From Candidatus Aenigmatarchaeota archaeon (GTDB lineage Archaea > Aenigmatarchaeota > Aenigmatarchaeia > Aenigmatarchaeales > JACQIB01): 38,723 nucleotides of DNA. This document shows positions 1 through 7,157 of this stretch, in pieces; within the stretch, counting starts at the first letter, position 1, and the number at the start of each line of letters is the position of its first letter. Where the stretch lies: contig JBHIDR010000004.1 in the NCBI GenBank assembly GCA_046760225.1, positions 1-38,723 on the forward strand, written 5' to 3'. A program made the position numbers and the translations under genes. The notes under the pieces were generated by a model. That model saw only the letters and a program-made list of their open reading frames with translations. It did not search any database and was not told the DNA's origin.

Positions 1-1792
1 ATGTAACATCTCCAACTGCTGTTACTCCGCCTACAGGACCAACAGTCAAGATTCCCTTGACCTGCACTGACGGCACATCGATTTCGACCTTGTCTGAAGC
101 CGTGAATGACTTGGGTGTCACAAGCACAGCACCAATGTGCGTCAAGACACTCTCTTCCCTTGTCCCTACTTCTGTGCCATAAACAGATAGGTCTTCTCCG
201 TCTTCCTTGTTCTTGTTGGTACCTAATCCGTCAATGTTGTTTCCATCGAACTTTATGTCCATTGAGTAGTTTCCTGCTGTTGTTCCATCCAGAGTCATTC
301 CGTCTTCATTTATGAAGAGTTCTGGTGTTCCTCCGGATGCTGTGGTGTTTGCCCACTCAAGGTCAAGTGTCACGTCCTGGTAGGTTATGTCAGCGAAGTT
401 GTCGTTTGCAGTTCCGTCTGTGGTCTCTGAGTAGAGGATGTTGTTGTCTGAGTCCTCATAGAACACAAATATCTTTTTACCAGTTGCGAATGTTGAGTTG
501 GCATAGAGATATATTGTATCTGAGTACTCATTTGCACCTGGCAGATAAATTGCGTCACTTAGTGCACCTGTGCTTATCTTTATTACGTTTGCATCGTCGT
601 TCTCACCAGCATCGTCCACTGTTAGGTCGACACCATCGGCATATTCGATTGTGTACCTTGCGAGGGTGTGTGTTGTCATGCCGTCAAAGCCTAGCTGGAT
701 GTAGTTCTCTGGGAACACTATTGCTTCTCCTGGACCTGGTGGGTTGTCATCTGGGCTGTTCAGTGTCTTAGCATACTTGACTCCTATTGCGTATTTCTTC
801 TCGTCAGCAGACACGTCCTTTATTGCCCCGAGATCCCATGTCCAGATCGGGTTGTTCTTGTCCTCTCCGATATATGGATCCCCATCGTTGTAGGTCTTTG
901 TTAGTTCCTCTCCTACCATCAAGATTACTACGCTGTTCTCAGGTGTTTGTGACTGATATAGGATGCTCTCGGCCTTGACTTTTATTCCACCCACAGTCTT
1001 CTCAGTGCTTCCCACAATAGCAGATTCTCCGTCAACAGTCACGTCAACTGAGTCTGAACCTATTGTATGAACTGTTACGGTCTTGTCGTCAACAACCACT
1101 GAGTCACCCTGTGTCATACGATATTCGTTAGCTATCTCTGCTGTAATCTGGTTTGCACCGACATCTGTTATCTTCAAGCTCCTACCCAATATTTCTATCT
1201 CCAGCGGATAGTCACTTGATACCTCTGATGTGTTGAAGTTCTCGTCGAATGTCCAGTTGTATGCCAGCTTCCCCGTCTTTATGAAGAGGGCAGGGCTGTC
1301 TTCAAAGTCCTTGTTCTTTGTTGCACTGGTCTCTATCTGCATGTCTGCGGTGTTTGTTATGAGAATCTTTTCCTGGAAGTCATAGTTGTCTGTGCCACCT
1401 ACTGCGCCTGAGAAAGATAGTGTGCTGTCCTTCAATACGCCCGGAACATCTGCGTTCTTAACGGTTGACTTCAGGTAACCGCTTGCTGAGATGTTCACGT
1501 TGATGGGTACTTCCTCAGACTCCACTCCTGCAGCCGCTGCGCCAGCAGTTGTAACTGTTTTTGTCTGTCCTGCTTCTGCTGCCAGTCTCACTCCCACGTT
1601 GATAGCGCCCACGATGTCAGCCGGAGCTGCATCTGCACCAACAACAATTGTTGGGAATGTTACTGTGCTGTCAGTTACGCTGACAATCTTTGTTATCTCT
1701 CCAACGTTGTCTTGTGCCAAAGCCGCACCAGCCATTGTCATTCCGGCCATCAAAGCTGATCCAGCTATAGCGGCAATTTTCCTAAGTTGCAT
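1..1792 (-). CDS. S-layer protein, partial (runs off window start; absent from ORF track)
   Basis: Hand translation from ATG 1792: MQLRKIAAIAGSALMAGMTMAGAALAQD...PTIVVGADAAPADIVGAINVGVRLA, the signal peptide plus IVVG..AA..D motif of Methanococcales/Thermococcales/DPANN-type S-layer N-termini. Same frame reads ...KGILTVGPVGGVTAVGDVT at the window edge; interior not checked codon by codon. GGAGGT SD at ~1800-1805. Confidence 0.85.
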   Translation of the reverse strand, partial: MQLRKIAAIAGSALMAGMTMAGAALAQDNVGEITKIVSVTDSTVTFPTIVVGADAAPADIVGAINVGVRLAAEAGQTKTVTTAGAAAAGVESEEVPINVNISASGYLKSTVKNADVPGVLKDSTLSFSGAVGGTDNYDFQEKILITNTADMQIETSATKNKDFEDSPALFIKTGKLAYNWTFDENFNTSEVSSDYPLEIEILGRSLKITDVGANQITAEIANEYRMTQGDSVVVDDKTVTVHTIGSDSVDVTVDGESAIVGSTEKTVGGIKVKAESILYQSQTPENSVVILMVGEELTKTYNDGDPYIGEDKNNPIWTWDLGAIKDVSADEKKYAIGVKYAKTLNSPDDNPPGPGEAIVFPENYIQLGFDGMTTHTLARYTIEYADGVDLTVDDAGENDDANVIKISTGALSDAIYLPGANEYSDTIYLYANSTFATGKKIFVFYEDSDNNILYSETTDGTANDNFADITYQDVTLDLEWANTTASGGTPELFINEDGMTLDGTTAGNYSMDIKFDGNNIDGLGTNKNKEDGEDLSVYGTEVGTREESVLTHIGAVLVTPKSFTASDKVEIDVPSVQVKGILTVGPVGGVTAVGDVT

Positions 1793-1964
1793 TTCGTTTA
1801 CCTCCTGTATTTGTTTTTTGCGCGGTGTATGCGCGTTTTTTTGGCGCCAAATTTTAGCGCATTATCCAAACGGATTGCGTTTGGTTCACGCCAAAAAGAT
1901 TAATTTTGTTTCTACATACCTTTGACGCCTTGCTTTGCTGAGATATTAATGGTATTAAGGGGGA

Positions 1965-1972
1965 TATATAAA
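1965..1972 (-). promoter_or_regulatory. candidate TATA box of S-layer gene
   Basis: TTTATATA on the minus strand ~170 nt upstream of the S-layer ATG, implying a long 5' leader. Confidence 0.5.
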
Positions 1973-2051
1973 CATCAAGAAACTGTTTCTTTACCTTTAA
2001 AATACCATTTATTAAGCAGTTAAAATATAGAAATAGTGTCTTTTATGCTTT

Positions 2052-2984
2052 TTAATTGTTTCCAGAGCCTTTTTGTCCCTTCTTTTCAAAATCCCTTTGT
2101 AAAAAGACCTTGTTTTTCCTTCCTATTCTCTCAAGTTTTACAATCCCCCTTTCTTCCAAACTTTTTAGAATTTTTGATATTTTTGCCTTGGAGTATCCGC
2201 TTTCCTTTACCAGAACCTTCTGATTCAGATAACCCTTTGCTCCAATAAGCATTTCCATTATTATTTTTTCATCTTTTTTCAGAACAGGTAGCACCATTTT
2301 AACTCCTAACTTCTTTTTGTAGATGAACCACGTAATAAGAATCAAAATAATAATTGCTGCAAACGGAATTGCAAGAAGAACAACAGGCATTTCTGTTTTT
2401 GTTACAACCCCTCCAATATTTTCGTAGGTTGCAGAAACATAAAGACCGTCACCTATCTTGACATTATGGATGTTCCAAATTACAATCACCTTCCTTCCGT
2501 CACTAGCATGCAGGCAGTCAGAAGGGAAACACGGCGCAAAATCTTCATTTCCCTTTACTAATACATGGCCCTCTGGCAGGTTCACCTTAACATAAAGATT
2601 GTTTGTTGGAAGTGGGACACGGTAATCAGAACTGAAAATTATCTTTTTGTCAATTTCCTTTACCAATGATCTTGCTGTGTATTTAATTTGCATTTTTTCC
2701 GGTTTAAATTCACTCAGGTTACATGTGATCTTGGATGCTGCAGCAGTGGTTATATCACAGCTTACTTTTTTATCATCAGCATAAACAGAAACGTTTTCTA
2801 TCGGGGATAAAATATTGTATTCAAAATATTCGGGTCTGTTTATGAATGTGATGTTCGTGTCATGAATTACAGAGCCGTCCTCCTTTATTGTGACGTATAT
2901 TCCCAAAAAACCCATCTTCACAGCAAGTGCTGGCTGCACAAATAAAAAGAAAATTAATACCGAAAGCAATACCAATTTTTTCAT
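2052..2984 (-). CDS. membrane-anchored protein with extracellular domain and C-terminal winged HTH (COG2512-like)
   Basis: Signal peptide, beta-rich domain, TM helix (VVLLAIPFAAIIILILITWFIY), then LKKDEKIIMEML..GYLNQKVLVKESGYSKAKISKILKSLEERGIVKLERIGRKNKVFL wHTH. Confidence 0.75.
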   Translation of the reverse strand: MKKLVLLSVLIFFLFVQPALAVKMGFLGIYVTIKEDGSVIHDTNITFINRPEYFEYNILSPIENVSVYADDKKVSCDITTAAASKITCNLSEFKPEKMQIKYTARSLVKEIDKKIIFSSDYRVPLPTNNLYVKVNLPEGHVLVKGNEDFAPCFPSDCLHASDGRKVIVIWNIHNVKIGDGLYVSATYENIGGVVTKTEMPVVLLAIPFAAIIILILITWFIYKKKLGVKMVLPVLKKDEKIIMEMLIGAKGYLNQKVLVKESGYSKAKISKILKSLEERGIVKLERIGRKNKVFLQRDFEKKGQKGSGNN

Positions 2985-2997
2985 TTAACCACCTGAA

Positions 2998-3441
2998 TCA
3001 GGGATTTGATTTCCCATGAACAACTACCACGCCGCCCACACCTGCGGCAGCGAACCTGTGTATCATCTCGGCAACCGAATTGAGTATAATCTGTGCCTCA
3101 CCCATCTCTGTAATGAGTTTCTTTGGCTCGAGTATCTCAATTGAAGAGGGACCGTATTCTATTACAAAATTAACAAGCTCGTCAAACCTCTTTACCACCA
3201 TCTCCATGTTGATTACCTGTGACCAGCCTTCCTTTACTCCTGGCATGGGGTTTTCCACCTTCTTTACCTCAGAAAAATCCTTTTTATAAACCTTTACCTT
3301 TTTGTCTGCCTCCATTTTGTTAAATAAGCTCTCAAGTGACTTCTTTGTGACTTCCTCGCTTATTGCAAGTGCTTCAAAGGCCAACCATGCCCTTATCCAG
3401 CCTCCATCAACCTTCTCCCTTGCCTCAGCTTCTGTAATCAA
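2998..3441 (-). CDS. conserved archaeal hypothetical protein
   Basis: 147-aa ORF (TTG start), codirectional with neighbours; motif FVIEYGPSSIEILEP resembles a family of uncharacterised archaeal proteins. Confidence 0.7.
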   Translation of the reverse strand: MITEAEAREKVDGGWIRAWLAFEALAISEEVTKKSLESLFNKMEADKKVKVYKKDFSEVKKVENPMPGVKEGWSQVINMEMVVKRFDELVNFVIEYGPSSIEILEPKKLITEMGEAQIILNSVAEMIHRFAAAGVGGVVVVHGKSNP

Positions 3442-3491
3442 GCAAACACCTTTTTTAATAGTTGTCTGGTAAAGTATTAAACCTTTGGTTT

Positions 3492-4529
3492 TTACTCGGT
3501 TCCAACCTTTTTAAGCATTTCCTTTGGTATCCATTTCTCTCCTGCAACTGGTATTTTCTCACCACATGGGCACTTCATGTCCTTTAGAAGGAACTCGGTC
3601 ATCCTTGGGCCATATCGCCCTATCACCTCTTGACCGCATTTTGGACAGTAAGTTGACTCGTACTTGCTACCAGGCACGTTTCCAAGGTAAACGTAATTCA
3701 GTCCTTGTTCCTTTGCTGCCCTGTAGGCCTTCTCCAGAAGCGAAACACTGGTAGTCGGGGCCCTCATCTTGTAGGAAGGGAAGAACTGGATGAGATGGAA
3801 AGGTGTATCAGGCCCCAGGTTCTCCACAATCCACCTGCTTATTTTTTTTATATATTCTTCCTTTGATTCTGGCATTATAAGATTCGTGATCTCTATGAAA
3901 ATCTTGTTTTTCTTGTAGGCAAGCATTGCATCATAAATGGGCTGGGCATCTGGCACAAGAGAGTATTCTTTGTAAAATGCCGGCTCAAGGGAAGATTTCA
4001 GGTCTATCACAGCAGCATCAAGGAAAGTGGCTGCTTTCTTTATTACTTCTGGTGGTGTGTAACCGTTTGTCACAAAAACATTGTAGAGACCATTCTTCTT
4101 TGCAAGCAGGGCTGTATCATGCGCATACTCAAAGAATATTGTTGGCTCAGTATAGGTGTATGCAATTCCCTGCAGATTGTTCTGCTTTGCAATCCTTACA
4201 AGTTTCTCAGGTGGCGCGTCCTCTCCATGGATATCTGTCCATTCCTGGGAAAGTATGTAATTGCAGCAGAAACTACAACGAAAATTGCAGCCCACTGTTG
4301 AAACAGAGAGATTGAGTGAGCCAGGTGCGAAGTGAAAAAGGGGTTTTTTGAGTATGCTATCAACGTTCATTGCAGCTACCTTTCCATAGACAAGGGAGTA
4401 CAGCTTTCCTCCCTTGTTCTGCCTGACCCTGCAGGTGCCTGTCTTGCCTTCGCTTATCACGCAGTACCTGCAGCAGAGCCGGCACTGTATGCCTCCGGTC
4501 ACAGACTTCCAGAACATTGCCTCTTTCAT
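3492..4529 (-). CDS. amrS: AmmeMemoRadiSam system radical SAM enzyme (PflA-like)
   Basis: N-terminal CRLCCRYC..G.CRVR, radical SAM GCNFRCSFCCN, YTYTEPT, VTNGY, C-terminal YVYLGNV..TYCPKCG. Confidence 0.85.
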   Translation of the reverse strand: MKEAMFWKSVTGGIQCRLCCRYCVISEGKTGTCRVRQNKGGKLYSLVYGKVAAMNVDSILKKPLFHFAPGSLNLSVSTVGCNFRCSFCCNYILSQEWTDIHGEDAPPEKLVRIAKQNNLQGIAYTYTEPTIFFEYAHDTALLAKKNGLYNVFVTNGYTPPEVIKKAATFLDAAVIDLKSSLEPAFYKEYSLVPDAQPIYDAMLAYKKNKIFIEITNLIMPESKEEYIKKISRWIVENLGPDTPFHLIQFFPSYKMRAPTTSVSLLEKAYRAAKEQGLNYVYLGNVPGSKYESTYCPKCGQEVIGRYGPRMTEFLLKDMKCPCGEKIPVAGEKWIPKEMLKKVGTE

Positions 4530-4589
4530 AATATTAATATAGATGTCACTCAGATAAACTTAAATTTTACGAGGCACAAAATAATTTAT

Positions 4590-5390
4590 ATGAAGATAAA
4601 TGATGATTTGTCGGAATTAATAGGTGCAATTATTGGAGATGGAAATTTGTATGACAAGAGACCCTCTTTTGTTGAAATAAGTGGAGATCCCAATCTTGAT
4701 TCACATTATTTCAAATCAATTCTAGTACCTATTATAGAAAAAGAACTTAATTATACTCCCAAATTATTTCATCATAGTGGCGCATTAAGACTAAGAATAA
4801 ATAACAAGAAATTCGTCCTATTCCTAAAGGGAATAGGAATACCAAGCGGAAAATATAAGACCAAGGGTGTTTTAATTCCTGATATTATTCTAAGTTCTTG
4901 GAAAAATACCAAACGATGTATAAGAGGTATATTTGATACTGATGGATGTATTCACTTTGATAAAAGAAATGTTTATAGAAAGCCATATCCTAGGATAGAA
5001 TTACACATGTCTAATCACAGATTAATAAGACAGATACAAATTGTCCTTGATAAACAGGGAATTTATACCAAAACCTCCAAGAAGAAAAACTCATTTTCAC
5101 TTTATTTTAACGGTCCTAAAGGTACCAAGAGCTTTCTTTCAAATGTAGGATTCTCCAACCTAAGACATATAAGTAGAATAAATAAATTCTATCCAGACAT
5201 GATATCGTTGAATTGTGCCAATGCCCCGGTGGCTCAGCCCGGTAGAGCGGCTGACAATTGGCCGAATCTCGTAACTAGGCAAGAAAACAGCAAGTCGGGG
5301 GTTCAAAAGGGGAGAAACTACGTTTCTCCCTCTACCCTCTCCCTTGAGGGTGGCCTGAAATTCCCTCCCGGGGCTCCAATCTACAAATAG
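4590..5390 (+). CDS. free-standing two-motif LAGLIDADG homing endonuclease-like protein
   Basis: Motifs LIGAIIGDG and IRGIFDTDG; AT-rich. Start moved to ATG 4590 because the track's start at 4332 overlaps amrS antisense. The last ~55 codons run through tRNA-Thr. Confidence 0.8.
   Translation: MKINDDLSELIGAIIGDGNLYDKRPSFVEISGDPNLDSHYFKSILVPIIEKELNYTPKLFHHSGALRLRINNKKFVLFLKGIGIPSGKYKTKGVLIPDIILSSWKNTKRCIRGIFDTDGCIHFDKRNVYRKPYPRIELHMSNHRLIRQIQIVLDKQGIYTKTSKKKNSFSLYFNGPKGTKSFLSNVGFSNLRHISRINKFYPDMISLNCANAPVAQPGRAADNWPNLVTRQENSKSGVQKGRNYVSPSTLSLEGGLKFPPGAPIYK
5223..5378 (+). tRNA. tRNA-Thr(CGU) with three introns (30/31: 5254-5266; 37/38: 5274-5285; 59/60: 5308-5361), encoded CCA
   Basis: Spliced: GCCCCGG TG GCTC AGCCCGGTA GAGC G GCTGT CTCGTAA ACAGC AAGTC GGGGG TTCAAAT CCCTC CCGGGGC TCCA (77 nt, U73). 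BHBs: GAG-CGGC-TG|A..GCCG-AA|T-CTC and TTCA-AA|A..TGAA-AT|T; the 37/38 motif is relaxed. Confidence 0.9.
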
Positions 5391-5465
5391 AAAAACCTCA
5401 TTACTAACCTTTCCATATTTATCACTGATAGATAGTTATTTAAGCACTAGTAAGAAATTGTAATT

Positions 5466-6251
5466 ATGGACTATGGTGACTTTGAGGATGATGCACAGAG
5501 AATCAGAAAAGCATTAATTCCGAAGATTATTGACAAGGAATTAAGGGGTTATATAGTATTACCAAAACCGTGGAAGCCGACCATTTCTGCCATTGTTTAT
5601 TCTCACTGGAATTTGAAGGAAGAAAGCAAATACCGCTCCCCTGATGGCAAAACACATTTGGATGAGGTAGAGGAAGAATTGGAATCCAGAGGGTTGGTTA
5701 AGCCTGCCCGTTCAATTTCAGTCAGGGTGGCCTCACGTGCTGCACTTTATAACTGGCTGGCATCATGGGGTGAATTGCCTGACCATCTAACTGCATACGA
5801 TAGAAATGGTGAGGTTATCCCAAGATCTGAAGTACAGTTTTATACCGATGATATGGTTGTTGAAGGAATGGAGCAAGATATGCGCATTAACATAGAAAAT
5901 GCATCCGACTTGAAAGATGTTCTAAAGGTTTTCAAAGAACGAGGTCACAAATTCAAAATCGATGATGACTGGGATTTCTCAAACGGGAAAATGGAAGAAG
6001 AGGCAGAAAATGCTTTCTATTTTGCAGAAGCAATACCTTTGATTGCCTTATTTGTAGAAGAAGCACCAAAGAGAGGTTTCGACAACGTGAATTATACATA
6101 TGCTAAACGCGGTAAAAGCGAACTGGGCAGCTATGTTTCAATCAGCAATTTAGCTGCTTCGAAATGTTTCTCAGAATTGGGCTTTGTTCCTAAAACGGTA
6201 ACTCGGTTGGTTAACAGAACCTTTTCGAAGTTCATTGCCGGGATTTATTAG
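5466..6251 (+). CDS. hypothetical protein
   Basis: 261-aa ORF with TATA-like TTTAAG upstream; no recognisable motif. Confidence 0.65.
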   Translation: MDYGDFEDDAQRIRKALIPKIIDKELRGYIVLPKPWKPTISAIVYSHWNLKEESKYRSPDGKTHLDEVEEELESRGLVKPARSISVRVASRAALYNWLASWGELPDHLTAYDRNGEVIPRSEVQFYTDDMVVEGMEQDMRINIENASDLKDVLKVFKERGHKFKIDDDWDFSNGKMEEEAENAFYFAEAIPLIALFVEEAPKRGFDNVNYTYAKRGKSELGSYVSISNLAASKCFSELGFVPKTVTRLVNRTFSKFIAGIY

Positions 6252-6594
6252 CAAGTCTCTTTTTTATCTGTCCTAAATCTTCTACGCTTACATAACCTGC
6301 AAAATAGGGCGCGGTGGGACCATGAAGGCGGGTACGCTCTTCTAATTCATCCGCTTCCGAGCGAGTGTAGAGGCCGAACCCCGCATTGCGAAATTCCATT
6401 CCGTAACGCATACCCCAAACGCCTATAACGCACTCTTCGCCGCGTTCTTTCGACTCATTTTCCAACATCCTCTCTATTTCATCCAAATAAGCGGTATCAA
6501 CAGATTTCAAGTCCTTCAATTCGACAGGTTTTCGGGCGTTAAACGTCTTCAAAGGGTTATAATTACGAGGTTTCTTAATGACTGCTTCAGACAT
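6232..6594 (-). CDS. hypothetical protein
   Basis: ORF from ATG 6594 (MSEAVIKKP...); codon style differs from core genes. Confidence 0.55.
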   Translation of the reverse strand: MSEAVIKKPRNYNPLKTFNARKPVELKDLKSVDTAYLDEIERMLENESKERGEECVIGVWGMRYGMEFRNAGFGLYTRSEADELEERTRLHGPTAPYFAGYVSVEDLGQIKKRLANKSRQ

Positions 6595-6737
6595 AATTAA
6601 TATTGTAACTCTAATGTTTTTAAAATCATCATATCTCAATTACGTCAAATTCAAGACTTATAATTAGGTGACCGGGCGACCTCAGAAAGGAGGGATTAGA
6701 CTTTTAAAACCTCAGGCACATCTATTCTTTGATTGAT

Positions 6738-7040
6738 ATGGCAGAATGGATAACATTTGTGAAAGGGGAGAACGTCAGGAAGGCTGAGGGCATCCTGAAG
6801 AAGGATTTTGATGTTGCAGCAAAGCAGTCAATAACAGTAAGGGATGCAAAGGCACTTGGAATAGAGGCTGAAGGCAGCTTCTTCTATATCAAGGGCAGTA
6901 ATGAGGGAGTGGCAAGGTGCAAGGAGCTCATAAAGGATCTTGTAGCTGAGATAGAGCAGGAGAAACTGGACAAAGCTAAGGAAGAAATTGAGAAAGAGTC
7001 AGAAGCTGCTGCAAGCGGTATGGGCGGGATATTCAAATAG
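6738..7040 (+). CDS. conserved archaeal hypothetical protein
   Basis: 100-aa ORF from ATG 6738 with QSITVRDAKALG and C-terminal AAASGMGGIF; core-like codon usage. Confidence 0.75.
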   Translation: MAEWITFVKGENVRKAEGILKKDFDVAAKQSITVRDAKALGIEAEGSFFYIKGSNEGVARCKELIKDLVAEIEQEKLDKAKEEIEKESEAAASGMGGIFK

Positions 7041-7043
7041 AAA

Positions 7044-7132
7044 TGGTGCGCCCGGCGGGATTCGAACCCGCGTTACAAGCTTGGGAAGCCTATCCGAAAT
7101 TTCTTTGGATCCTACCACTAGATTACGGGCGC
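7044..7132 (-). tRNA. tRNA-Gly(CCC) with 15-nt intron at 29/30 (7090-7104), encoded CCA
   Basis: Spliced: GCGCCCG TA ATCT AGTGGTA GGAT C CAAGC TTCCCAA GCTTG TAAC GCGGG TTCGAAT CCCGC CGGGCGC ACCA. BHB ATCC-AA|A-GAAATTTC-GGAT-AG|G. Confidence 0.92.
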
Positions 7133-7157
7133 ATAAAATTTGTTTTCTTTTCTAACT

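Noticed and set aside
106..1925. Plus-strand ORFs 106-315, 325-771, 787-978, 1491-1925
   Set aside because: Antisense shadows of the S-layer gene.
4332..4589. N-terminal extension of the LAGLIDADG ORF
   Set aside because: Overlaps amrS antisense and the intergenic promoter; the domain begins at ATG 4590.
4590..5220. Intein or tRNA-intron-encoded endonuclease
   Set aside because: No host extein or intein splice motifs; the domain lies upstream of tRNA base 1, not inside an intron.
6664..6700. GC-rich patch resembling a tRNA 3' remnant or att site
   Set aside because: No convincing match to the tRNA-Thr 3' end and no cloverleaf.
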